A stretch of DNA of 64,000 bases from Alphaproteobacteria bacterium (lineage in GTDB: Bacteria > Pseudomonadota > Alphaproteobacteria > SP197): assembly GCA_964291265.2 (NCBI GenBank), contig OZ219747.1, forward strand, positions 2,016,001 through 2,080,000, in the 5' to 3' direction. Below, in pieces: positions 48,797 through 58,417 of the stretch. The notes beneath the pieces were generated by a model. It ran no database searches. It saw only the letters and a program-made list of their open reading frames with translations, and was not told where the DNA came from. The position numbers and the translations under genes are program-made. Each line of letters starts with the position of its first letter. Positions within the stretch are counted from its first letter, which is position 1.

Positions 48797-49984
48797 ATGC
48801 GTCCGACAAGCCCCGGATACGTCAAGGCGGTCATGACCGTGATCATGCTGGCCCTGATGGCCTCGGGGTGGCACGGCGGCGCCCTTGCCGGCGATGCCGC
48901 TCTCATCGATGTGAGGGCCGGTATCTCGGAGGAGGTGACGCGCCTTGTCATCGATCTCGATGGACCGGCGGACTTCCGCACCTTCACGCTCGACGATCCT
49001 GCAAGAATCGTCGTTGACCTCTCGCAGGTGTCGCTGGCCGTGTCCGAGATGGAGCGCGGCATCGACACGGGTCTCGTCGTACGCGCCCGTTTCGGCACGC
49101 CCGCCGTCGACGTGACGCGTGTCGTGCTCGACCTTGCCGAACCCGGGGTGGTGCAGGACACCCTGGTCCTGGAACCCGAAGGCGGCTACAGCCACCGGAT
49201 CGTGCTCGACATCGCGCCCCGTGCCGCCCCCGTGCCGTCCAGCGACGCGGTGCAGGATGACCGTTTCCTGAAGCCCGGCATCAAGCCTTCCCCGCCGGTG
49301 CCGGTCATCGTTCTCGATCCCGGTCATGGCGGACCGGATCCAGGCGCCATCGGAGCCAGCGGCGCTCACGAGAAGGACATTGTCCTGGCCGCCGCGCGCG
49401 AACTGAAGGCGATGCTGGAGGAAACCGGCCGCTACCACGTTGTCATGACCCGTGATGGCGACTGGATCCTGCGTCTCGCCGACCGCGTCCTGTTCGCCCG
49501 TGCGGCGGGTGCGGACCTCTTCATCTCCATTCACGCCGATTCGATCGACAACCCGGAAGTCAGGGGCACCGGTGTCTACACGCTGTCGGAGGTCGCCTCG
49601 GACAAGGAGGCCGCGGCCCTGGCGAGAAAGGAGAACCGGTCCGACCTCATCGAGGGAGTCGATTTCGTCAGCATCGACTACGATCCGGTCACCACCAACA
49701 TCCTGATCGACCTCGCACAGAGGGAAACCAAGAACGCGTCGTCGGAATTCGCCGGAATTCTGGCCGACGAGCTCATCCGGGTGACCGAGTTGCGGCGGAA
49801 TGTCCACAGGTTCGCCGGATTTCGGGTGCTGAAGGCGCCCGACATCCCTTCGGTTCTGCTAGAGATGGGGTTCATGTCCAACCCGGTGGAGGAACGCCTG
49901 ATGAAGGATCGCTCCTGGCGGCACGCGTTCCTCGCCGGCGTCGTCAGGGCCATCGATGCCTTCATGGCGTCGCGCCTGCCGTAG
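48797..49984 (+). CDS. amiC: N-acetylmuramoyl-L-alanine amidase (AMIN + amidase_3)
   Basis: RLVIDL/RIVVDL AMIN repeats; VLDPGHGG.DPGA, EK, FISIHADS, SVLLEMGF.SN. Confidence 0.9.
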   Translation: MRPTSPGYVKAVMTVIMLALMASGWHGGALAGDAALIDVRAGISEEVTRLVIDLDGPADFRTFTLDDPARIVVDLSQVSLAVSEMERGIDTGLVVRARFGTPAVDVTRVVLDLAEPGVVQDTLVLEPEGGYSHRIVLDIAPRAAPVPSSDAVQDDRFLKPGIKPSPPVPVIVLDPGHGGPDPGAIGASGAHEKDIVLAAARELKAMLEETGRYHVVMTRDGDWILRLADRVLFARAAGADLFISIHADSIDNPEVRGTGVYTLSEVASDKEAAALARKENRSDLIEGVDFVSIDYDPVTTNILIDLAQRETKNASSEFAGILADELIRVTELRRNVHRFAGFRVLKAPDIPSVLLEMGFMSNPVEERLMKDRSWRHAFLAGVVRAIDAFMASRLP

Positions 49985-50051
49985 GCGTTGTCACCGGCGT
50001 GACACATGAACATGTGATCGTGGGTCGACCGGAGCGGGTGAAGAAGGCGGC

Positions 50052-52496
50052 ATGACCGCAACACGCGAGAAGAGGCCGGTGCGGCGGCAGGGGCGCTGGC
50101 TGCGATGGCTCACCGTGTGCGTGTCGGTGATCGTCGTCATGCTGATGGCCGTCGGCATTCTCATGATGGCCGCCTGGGCCAGTTTCAGCCAGGGCCTGCC
50201 GGATCACCGCATGCTGGCCGGTTACGCCCCCCCGGTGGCCACCCGTGTCTATGCCGGGGACGGCAGCCTGATGGCGCAGTTCGCCGTGGAGAACCGGGTT
50301 TTCGTCCCACTGCGAGCGATCCCCTCGAGGGTCAGGCAGGCCTTCATCTCGGCCGAGGACAAGACCTTCTTCACCCATCCGGGCATCGATGTCCTCGGCA
50401 TCGTGCGGGCGATGATCGCCAACGTGGAAGCGACCATCGAGGGCCGCCGGCTGCAGGGAGCGTCGACCATCACCCAGCAGGTCGCCAAGAACTTCCTGCT
50501 GTCAAACGAGATGTCCTACCGTCGCAAGATCCGCGAGGCGATTCTCGCGTTCCGCATCGAGGAAGCCCTGACCAAGGAGAGAATTCTCGAACTCTATCTC
50601 AACGAGATCTATCTCGGACTTGGAAGTTACGGGGTGGCGGCGGCGGCGCTCAACTACTTCGACAAGTCACTCGATTCCCTTTCGACCGCCGAGGCCGCCT
50701 ACCTGGCGGCGCTGCCCAAGGCCCCCAACAACTATCACCCGGAACGCAGGCGGCGGGAGGCCGTCGCGAGACGCAACTGGGTCATCGCGCGCATGGCGGA
50801 GGATGGCCACATCACACACCGCCAGGCGGTCCTGGCGCAGCGTCAGCCCCTGAGTGTCAGCAGGTCCGCGTCCCGCGCGCCTGTCAAGGCCGCCTATGCG
50901 GTCGAGGACATCCGCCGCACCGTTGCCAGCCGATACGGATCCGATGCGCTCTACACCGGAGGCCTGTATGTCAGGTCGACCATCGATCCGGCGCTCCAGG
51001 AGGCCGCCAGCCGCGCCCTGCGCAACGGTCTCGGACTCTATGACCGCCGGCGCGGCTGGCGTGGACCGGTGAGCCGCGTGAACCTCGACGACTCCTGGAC
51101 CGATGCCCTCGAGACGCTGGCCGGGTCGATGGACGTTGCTCCGTGGCAGGTTGCCGTCGTCCTCGGCATGAACGATACGGCGGCCGTTGTCGGGTTCGCT
51201 GACGCAAGCCACGGGCTTGTCCTCCTCGAAGACATGGCATGGGCGAGACGGCGACTCGACGCCGGCAGGCTCGGTCCGGTTCCCCGCCGGCCCGGTGACG
51301 TCCTCGCCCACGGTGATGTCGTCGTGGTGGAAAGGCTTGCAAGGGACGCCGCGGACGGCACCGGATTCCACGCTCTGCGGCAGATTCCCAGGGTGTCCGG
51401 CGGCCTTGTCGCCATGGACCCCCATACCGGCCGCGTGCTCGCCATGCAGGGTGGATTCAGCTACGCCATGAGCGAGTTCAACCGGGTGACGCAGGCCCTG
51501 CGCCAGCCCGGTTCCGCCTTCAAGCCCTTTGTCTACATGGCTGCCCTCGATCACGGATATACCCCTGCGGCGCTGATCGAGGATGCACCCTTTGTCTACG
51601 ATCCCGGCGCCGGACAGGATCTCTGGCGCCCGGCCAACTACACCCGGGAGTTCTACGGCCTGGTTCCGCTGCGGGTGGGCATCGAGAGGTCCCGCAACCT
51701 GATGACCGTGCGTCTGGCCAACACGCTGGGCCCCGACGTTGTCGAGGGGTATGTTCGCAGGTTCGGCATCCTGGATGATTCCCAGCCCTACTACCTGCCG
51801 GTCGCCCTGGGTTCCGCCGAGACCACCCTGATGCGCCTGACGGCGGCCTATGCGGCAATCGTCAACGGCGGCAGGAAGGTGGATCCCGCACTGATCGAGC
51901 GCATCCAGGATCGTCACGGCAGGACCATCTGGCGGCGTGACACGCGGCGCTGCGATGAATGCCGGACGACCCGGTGGGATCCTCGCCTGCCGGTCCCCCT
52001 GCTTGCGGACACGAGGCCCAGACTCGTTGATCCGGTGACTGCATATCAGATGGTGCACATGCTCGAGGGCGTGGTGGACCGAGGGACCGGGGTCCGGCTG
52101 CGTGCACTCGAAAGACCGCTTGCCGGCAAGACCGGCACCACCAACGACAATCGTGATGCGTGGTTCCTCGGGTTCTCGCCGGATCTCGCCGTAGGCGTCT
52201 ACGTCGGTTTCGATCGGCCGGGAACGCTCGGGGAGCGGGAGACCGGATCCTCGGTGGCGGTGCCTGTGTGGCAACTCTTCATGGCCGAGGCCCTGGCCGG
52301 CGAACCCGTCATTCCGTTCCGCATCCCCCCGGGGGTTCGTCTCGTGCGCATCGATGCCGACCATGGTCTGTTGCCGGGCGAGGTCACCACCCGGACCATC
52401 ACCGAGGCCTTCCGGCCGGGCAGCGAACCGACGGTTGAGGCGGACCGGCATGTCGTGCTATCGCTGGGCCAGGACAGGTCATCGGGCGTCTACTGA
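50052..52496 (+). CDS. mrcA: Penicillin-binding protein 1A
   Basis: AEDK.FF.H.GID, GASTITQQ, RKIRE, RQPGSAFKP, S.N, KTGTTN. Confidence 0.95.
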   Translation: MTATREKRPVRRQGRWLRWLTVCVSVIVVMLMAVGILMMAAWASFSQGLPDHRMLAGYAPPVATRVYAGDGSLMAQFAVENRVFVPLRAIPSRVRQAFISAEDKTFFTHPGIDVLGIVRAMIANVEATIEGRRLQGASTITQQVAKNFLLSNEMSYRRKIREAILAFRIEEALTKERILELYLNEIYLGLGSYGVAAAALNYFDKSLDSLSTAEAAYLAALPKAPNNYHPERRRREAVARRNWVIARMAEDGHITHRQAVLAQRQPLSVSRSASRAPVKAAYAVEDIRRTVASRYGSDALYTGGLYVRSTIDPALQEAASRALRNGLGLYDRRRGWRGPVSRVNLDDSWTDALETLAGSMDVAPWQVAVVLGMNDTAAVVGFADASHGLVLLEDMAWARRRLDAGRLGPVPRRPGDVLAHGDVVVVERLARDAADGTGFHALRQIPRVSGGLVAMDPHTGRVLAMQGGFSYAMSEFNRVTQALRQPGSAFKPFVYMAALDHGYTPAALIEDAPFVYDPGAGQDLWRPANYTREFYGLVPLRVGIERSRNLMTVRLANTLGPDVVEGYVRRFGILDDSQPYYLPVALGSAETTLMRLTAAYAAIVNGGRKVDPALIERIQDRHGRTIWRRDTRRCDECRTTRWDPRLPVPLLADTRPRLVDPVTAYQMVHMLEGVVDRGTGVRLRALERPLAGKTGTTNDNRDAWFLGFSPDLAVGVYVGFDRPGTLGERETGSSVAVPVWQLFMAEALAGEPVIPFRIPPGVRLVRIDADHGLLPGEVTTRTITEAFRPGSEPTVEADRHVVLSLGQDRSSGVY

Positions 52497-52531
52497 CTGC
52501 CTTGCGTGACGGCCGGAGGAGACAGGAAGCC

Positions 52532-53648
52532 ATGCGCCCCGCCATTGCCGAACTGAAGGACAGCATCGAATCCGGTCTTGACCTCGTGCGGAGGCATCTT
52601 TGACTGGGACCGCGCCAACGCCAGGCTCGACGAACTCGAGCACCTGACCCAGGACCCGGAACTGTGGAACGATTCAGGAAAAGCCCAGGGGTTGCTGCGT
52701 GAGCGCACGCGGCTGAATGACGCCATCGGCCATGTGCGCGCCCTTCAGGACGGGCTTGCCGAACACCTGGAACTGGCCGAACTGGCCGAGGCCGAAGGCG
52801 AGGAGGACCTCGTCGGGCAGTGCGTCGAGGCGCTCGAGGCGCTCTCCCGGCGCACCGGACAACTGCGCATTGCCAGCCTCCTTTCCGGTGAGGCGGATGG
52901 CAACGACTGCTACATCGAGGTGCATGCCGGCGCCGGCGGCACGGAAAGCCAGGACTGGGCCAGCATGCTGTTGCGCATGTACCGGCGGTGGGCGCAGCGC
53001 AGGGACTACCGTGTCGAGGACCTCGGCGAGACCCCGGGCGAGGAGGCCGGCATCAAGTCGGCGACCCTGAAGTGTGTCGGGGACGCGGCTTACGGCTGGG
53101 CCAAGACGGAGTCGGGAGTCCATCGCCTGGTGCGGATATCACCCTTCGATTCACAGATGCGCCGCCACACCAGCTTTGCCAGCGTCTCCGTGTCGCCGGT
53201 CGTCGACGACAGCATCGAGATCACCGTCGACGACAGCGACCTGCGCGTCGACACCTACCGTGCCTCCGGCGCCGGTGGTCAGCACGTCAACAAGACCGAC
53301 AGCGCCGTGCGCCTGACACACCTGCCCACGGGAATCGTCGTGCAGTGCCAGAACAACCGCTCCCAGCACCGCAACCGGGCCGAGGCGATGGCCGTCCTCA
53401 AGTCGAGGCTCTATGACCGGGAATTGCGTCGGCGCGAGGAGGAGACCCGGGCGCTTCATGCCGAAAAGAGCGATATCGGCTGGGGCCACCAGATCCGCTC
53501 CTATGTCCTGCAGCCCTACCGCATGGTCAAGGACCTGCGGACCGGGCACGAAACCAGCAACACCGATGCGGTCCTCGACGGCGACATCGACGGTTTCATC
53601 CATGCGGCCCTGGCGCAGCGCGTCGGCCAGGATTCGCTCGGGCCATGA
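52532..53648 (+). CDS. prfB: Peptide chain release factor 2 with programmed +1 frameshift
   Basis: ATG 52532; GGAGG-CAT-CTT-TGA-C slip site at 52598-52604; SPF and GGQ motifs. Confidence 0.97.
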
Positions 53649-53651
53649 CCC

Positions 53652-54473
53652 TCATCCCGGCGCCGACTGCCGCCGCGCCTTGAATCCGAGCAGGAGCGGC
53701 AGGGGCGGGAGGTCGCCGGAGCGGTGCCAGTAGCCGTCTTCCCCCCTTGTCATGTCGGGAAACTGCGGCCACGCGCAGAAGGGATACTCCCGCACCTCGT
53801 GGACCCGCAGTCCCCGATTCTCCAGGGCGGTGAAGATGTCGGACAACGACCATGTGAACTCGCGCGCCGGAGACCTGATCCGGTAGGTGGGATCGGCGTA
53901 ATCGGGATTGCCGGCCGGTTCGTGAATCGGTTCCGGGCCGTGGAAGTAGTCATAGCGCACGACGGGGACCGACGATGATTCATCGAAGACCCATGACAGG
54001 GGGTGGGCTTCGAGAATGTAGAAGAACCCGTCGTCCGCCAGGTTGGCATCGATGGTGGCCGCCCAGCCGTCGAGATCGCTGATCCACACGAGGACGCCGA
54101 GAGAGGTGAAGACGATGTCGAAGGGCGCGCCGGCGAGCCGTCCGGCGGTCGTGACGTCGGCCTCGATGAAGCGGGCCCGTGTTTCAAGGCGGCACCTCCG
54201 GTTCAGACGCTCCGCCGCTGCGAGGGCGGCAGGCGAAAAGTCGACACCGACGACATCGGCCCCGAGCCTCGCCCAGGACAGGGTGTCGAGGCCGAAATGG
54301 CACTGCAGGTGGAGAAGTGTCCTGCCGGCGACGTCGCCGACGGCCTGCCGCTCGACCGTACCCAGGGTGTTGCGGCCGTCGACAAAGCCGGCGACGTCGT
54401 AGAACGCGCTTGCCTCGTGAACCGGCGTGACCTCGTCCCAGCGGACGCGATTGATGGCCGTGTCGCTGTTCAT
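53652..54473 (-). CDS. Class I SAM-dependent methyltransferase
   Basis: N..RWD...VH, LLHLQCHFGLDTLS, GVDFS, FDIVFTS.G. Confidence 0.9.
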   Translation of the reverse strand: MNSDTAINRVRWDEVTPVHEASAFYDVAGFVDGRNTLGTVERQAVGDVAGRTLLHLQCHFGLDTLSWARLGADVVGVDFSPAALAAAERLNRRCRLETRARFIEADVTTAGRLAGAPFDIVFTSLGVLVWISDLDGWAATIDANLADDGFFYILEAHPLSWVFDESSSVPVVRYDYFHGPEPIHEPAGNPDYADPTYRIRSPAREFTWSLSDIFTALENRGLRVHEVREYPFCAWPQFPDMTRGEDGYWHRSGDLPPLPLLLGFKARRQSAPG

Positions 54474-54511
54474 CGCGTTCACCTCGATGTGCCTTGAAAC
54501 GACACCTCGCG

Positions 54512-55363
54512 CTACAGGCGGTGCCCCCTGTCGCGGGCATAGGCAAAATAGAGTTCGCGGGCCTCGCGGTAGACCGGCCCGGGCTGCAGGTCGCGATCGT
54601 CGATGCGGGTGGCAGGCATGACCTTGTTGTAGTTGCCGGTCGAGAACACTTCGTCGGCGCTGCGGACCTCGTCCCAGGTCATGGAACGCTCGAAGACCTC
54701 CCAGCCGGCATCGCGCAGGAGTGACATCACCCGGCGGCGTGTGATGCCGGCAAGGAAGGTTCCGTTCTCGACGGGCGTATGCACCTGGCCATCCCGGACG
54801 ATGAAGATGTTGGCCGTGGCGAACTCGGCGACGTGGCCTTCGTGGTCGAGCATCACCGGATTGTCGAACCCCCGCGCATTGGCGCGGCGCACCGCATCGC
54901 CGGTCACCGGATAAAGGCATGAAGCCTTGGCGAGGGTGGGCGCCATGTCGGGGGCCGGACGACGCAGTTCGGAAAGACACGCCGAAAACCCCTTCGGTTC
55001 GGCCATGGGAGCCACCTCCAGGACCATCAGGAACCTGGTGAGCTCGGGAACCGCCCACAGGGAATCGCTGACGCCGCTCCAGAACGTCGGCCTGACGTAG
55101 AGATGGGCGTCCGCCGGGAAGCGACGCGCCATGTCGCGTGCGAGTTCGACCAGATCGTCGACCGACTGTTGCGGCTCCATGCCCATGACCCTCGCGGACC
55201 TGAGGCACCGTTCGCAGTGGCGGTCGATGTCGGGTATGGCGCCGTCGAAGGCGCGAGCGCCGTCAAAAACCTGCGTGGCGAACCAGAACGACTGGTCCAG
55301 CGGCCCCATGATCATGGGGTTGCCTTCATGGAAGGCGCCGTCGAAATAGGTAAGCTGTTCCAT
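54512..55363 (-). CDS. Class IV (branched-chain-like) aminotransferase
   Basis: VFDGARAF, LYVRP, AKASCLY, EFATANIF, FLAGITR, EVFSTGN. Confidence 0.9.
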   Translation of the reverse strand: MEQLTYFDGAFHEGNPMIMGPLDQSFWFATQVFDGARAFDGAIPDIDRHCERCLRSARVMGMEPQQSVDDLVELARDMARRFPADAHLYVRPTFWSGVSDSLWAVPELTRFLMVLEVAPMAEPKGFSACLSELRRPAPDMAPTLAKASCLYPVTGDAVRRANARGFDNPVMLDHEGHVAEFATANIFIVRDGQVHTPVENGTFLAGITRRRVMSLLRDAGWEVFERSMTWDEVRSADEVFSTGNYNKVMPATRIDDRDLQPGPVYREARELYFAYARDRGHRL

Positions 55364-55514
55364 GGTTGATCGACTGTCCCGCACCAGAGCCACGCCCTTC
55401 TAGCACGGTCCGGTTCGCAAGTGCAGGGGTTCAAGTTGGCAGGGCGGCCATGGGCGCAGGCGACGGTCGGTCCGATTTGCATGCGCGTGGTGTGGGAGGA
55501 GGGAGTGTCACCGG

Positions 55515-56564
55515 ATGCTGGACGCCTGGCGCCTTCTCGGCCCCGTGATGGGCCTCATCGAACCAGAGCGCGCCCATGACCTGGCCCTCAGGGCCCTGGA
55601 GAGCGGTGGGGCTGGACGGTGGACGCGGAGGGAACGGCCCGGGCTGGCGATCACCCTCTTCGGGCTGGACTTTCCCAATCCCCTGGGGCTGGCAGCGGGG
55701 TTTGACAAGAATGCAAGGGTGACGGCGCAGATGCTGGCGGCGGGATTCGGATTCGTCGAGGCCGGCACCGTGACGCCCCGGCCCCAGACCGGCAATCCGC
55801 GGCCGCGGATCTTTCGCTTGCCGGCCGACAGGGCCGTGATCAATCGCCTTGGCTTCAACAACGAGGGCATGGACCAGGTGGCGATGCGCCTCGAGGCGCG
55901 CCGACGGGATGCCGGAATCGTCGGCATCAACATCGGCATGAACCGCGACAGCGCCGATGCCGCCCGCGACTACCGGCGTGTCCTCATCCGACTCGCTCCT
56001 CTTGCCGACTACGTCGTCATCAACGTGTCGTCGCCCAACACGCCAGGCCTGCGGGATCTCCAGGCCGTGCGCCAGCTCTCGAAGCTCCTGGAATCGCTCC
56101 GGAGCGGGCGCCCTGAAGGCCAGGACGCGCCCCTGCTGCTCAAGCTTGCTCCCGATCTGGCGTCCGAGGATGCGGGGGATGCGGCCAGGGTGGCGGCCGA
56201 TCACGGGGTCGCCGGTCTGGTCGTGTCCAACACGACGATCAGCCGGCCGCCCGGGCTGCGTCACCGCCATGCCCGTGAGGCCGGCGGTCTTTCGGGCTCG
56301 CCGCTCTTCGATCTCTCCACCGGCATGGTGCGCACACTCCACCGTGCGGGCGACGGCGCCATGCCGATCATCGGAACGGGCGGCATCATGTCGGCCGAAG
56401 ACGCCTACCGGAAGATTCGCGCGGGCGCCTCGCTGATCCAGATCTACACCGCGCTCATCTGGCACGGACCTCGTGTCGTCGGGCGCATTCTCGACGGTCT
56501 CGAGGAGCACCTGGCCGCGGACGGCCTGGGGTATCTGGCGGAGGCCGTCGGCGCCGATACGTGA
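55515..56564 (+). CDS. pyrD: Quinone-dependent dihydroorotate dehydrogenase
   Basis: NPLGLAAGFDKN, INRLGFNN, NVSSPNTPGLR, KLAPD, GGLSG. Confidence 0.96.
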   Translation: MLDAWRLLGPVMGLIEPERAHDLALRALESGGAGRWTRRERPGLAITLFGLDFPNPLGLAAGFDKNARVTAQMLAAGFGFVEAGTVTPRPQTGNPRPRIFRLPADRAVINRLGFNNEGMDQVAMRLEARRRDAGIVGINIGMNRDSADAARDYRRVLIRLAPLADYVVINVSSPNTPGLRDLQAVRQLSKLLESLRSGRPEGQDAPLLLKLAPDLASEDAGDAARVAADHGVAGLVVSNTTISRPPGLRHRHAREAGGLSGSPLFDLSTGMVRTLHRAGDGAMPIIGTGGIMSAEDAYRKIRAGASLIQIYTALIWHGPRVVGRILDGLEEHLAADGLGYLAEAVGADT

Positions 56565-57170
56565 TCATGACCGATACCAGGCCCACAGCACGCGCGCGGC
56601 CACGGCGCGCCAGGGCCGCCAGGGTTCGCCGAGGGTCGCCATCTGCCGCAGGTCCGGACGCGGAACGATGGAGAACACCCCCGCGGCGGCCGTTTGCAAG
56701 GCCACGTCGCCCGCCGGCCAGGCGTCGGATCGTCCAAGGCACGACAGCAGATAGGTCTGGGCGGTCCACTCCCCGATGCCGTGAAGCGCGGTCAGTGCGT
56801 TCTTCGCGTCGTCGTCTCCCAGGGTCGTGAGGTCGTCCAGCAGACCGTCGCGCGCTGCACTTGCTGCGGCATGGAAGGCCCGACCCTTGGAGCGGGTCAG
56901 TCCGAGGGTCCGCAGGTGGTCCACCGGAACCCCGAGGACGGCGCCCGCGTCGCTGGAATCGAACGTCGCGTCGAGGCGCTTGCGGATGCTGGCGGCGGCC
57001 TTGAGAGACACCGACTGCTCCGTGACGATGGCGAGCAGGGTTGCCAGACCTGCCGGCTCTTTCCTCAAGGGAATGGTCCCCAGCCGCTGCACGACCGGTC
57101 GGAACCGGGATTCGAGACCGACGAGCGCCTCGATACCCTCCTCGAGATCTGCCTGGGTGGTGATGATCAT
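56565..57170 (-). CDS. DNA-3-methyladenine glycosylase II family (HhH-GPD)
   Basis: EQSVS..AA, LHGIGEWTA, WPAGDVAL, WRPWR. Confidence 0.9.
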   Translation of the reverse strand: MIITTQADLEEGIEALVGLESRFRPVVQRLGTIPLRKEPAGLATLLAIVTEQSVSLKAAASIRKRLDATFDSSDAGAVLGVPVDHLRTLGLTRSKGRAFHAAASAARDGLLDDLTTLGDDDAKNALTALHGIGEWTAQTYLLSCLGRSDAWPAGDVALQTAAAGVFSIVPRPDLRQMATLGEPWRPWRAVAARVLWAWYRS

Positions 57171-57260
57171 GGCGCCTTGATCCGTCCAGCCGCTTGCGCG
57201 GGATCGTCGGACACTCGAAGATATCGTGCAAGCAGCCTGGATTCGGCAAAGAGAAGAGTC

Positions 57261-57854
57261 ATGTCATCAACCATCCCGGCCCGTGGCGGCAAGGCCGTGC
57301 GCCTGGCCCGCGGCGCAGCGGTCCGCATCATCAACACCCATGGCACGCAGGTTGTCGACACCTGGGCGTTCAAAGGCGACGATGTCTCGGAATACATGGC
57401 GATGGATGCCACACGCGCCTTCAATCAGCGTCTCACTCCATGTGTGGGCGACCGGTTTGTCACCAACCGCCGGCGCCCGATCCTGGTCCTCGAAGAGGAC
57501 ACCTCGCCCGGCCGCCACGACACCCTGATGGCGGCCTGCGACCGCTGGCGTTATGAGCTGCTGGGTGTCAGGGGATACCACGACAACTGTGCCGACAATC
57601 TCTCGCGGGCCATGAGAGAGCTCGGCTTGCGCTTGACGCACACGCCGTCGCCTCTCAATCTCTTCATGAACATCCCCTGGCAGGAAGACGGCGGGCTCGC
57701 ATTCGAGACGCCGCTGTCGACTCCCGGTGACCATGTCCTGCTGCGCGCCCTCATGGATTGCGTGGTCGCCATGTCGGCCTGTCCTCAGGACCTGCTGCCG
57801 ATCAACGGGCTGAACCAGGAACCGACCGAGGCCCACTTCGAGATCGTGACCTGA
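57261..57854 (+). CDS. Urea carboxylase-associated (DUF1989) family protein
   Basis: GTQVVDTWAF, DTSPGRHDTL.AAC, HDNC.DN, PLNLFMN, SACPQD. Confidence 0.9.
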   Translation: MSSTIPARGGKAVRLARGAAVRIINTHGTQVVDTWAFKGDDVSEYMAMDATRAFNQRLTPCVGDRFVTNRRRPILVLEEDTSPGRHDTLMAACDRWRYELLGVRGYHDNCADNLSRAMRELGLRLTHTPSPLNLFMNIPWQEDGGLAFETPLSTPGDHVLLRALMDCVVAMSACPQDLLPINGLNQEPTEAHFEIVT

Positions 57855-57976
57855 CGCAGCGATGGAGGCCGTATCCCCGCAAGCGAGGCAGGAGTTCCCG
57901 CTCCGCCGCCCCTGGCGACCTCGTGTGGCCCGGGCGTTATCCCGGGCCAGGAACGATGAATCGAGGAGACCGATCC

Positions 57977-58080
57977 ATGGCGGTCACCGCAGTCGTTCGT
58001 TTCGCGCTCCCCGAGGACAAGGCGTCATTCAAGGAGTCCGCACCGCTCTGGCGGAGCGTCGAGGGCCTGGTGCGTCGGAC
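57977..58080 (+). pseudogene. Truncated small monooxygenase-like (YdhR-type) fragment
   Basis: GAGGAG RBS; MAVTAVVRFALPE..FKESAPLWRSVEGLVR, then a junction to unrelated sequence. Confidence 0.4.
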
Positions 58081-58085
58081 CGGCG

Positions 58086-58360
58086 GTGCGCATCAACGGC
58101 GTCGATGTCTTCCACCCCGACGGCATCGCCTGCCGGTTCGTCGATACCGACGACAACGAGGAGACCTTTTTCGTCCGCCAGGACTGCCTTGTCGGCGCCA
58201 GCGACCCCTCCTGCAAGGCGCCCAAGACGACGCTCAGGGCCGAGATCGACCCGGACGCCCGAGCCACCCTCAACAGCGCCCCACCCTGCCTCCGGCCGCA
58301 TCGCCGTCAAGGTCATCAACCACCTCGGCGACGAGACGAAGACAAGTGTTCCGGGTGTGA
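58086..58360 (+). pseudogene. C-terminal remnant of a site-specific adenine DNA methyltransferase (type III Mod-like)
   Basis: INGVDVFHP/DGIAC.FVDTD.NEE.FFVR..GA.DP..TL.AEID..A.ATL.S / SGRIAVKVINHLGDE, with deletions and frameshifts. Confidence 0.7.
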
Positions 58361-58417
58361 TATGGGCGGCAGGGCAGAGAGTATCCGCGCGGCGACGCCA
58401 TTGGAGAGCACCGGGAA

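Noticed and set aside
57926-57949. Perfect 9-bp hairpin TGGCCCGGG/CCCGGGCCA
   Set aside because: Single copy, no U-tract; cannot be assigned as REP or terminator.
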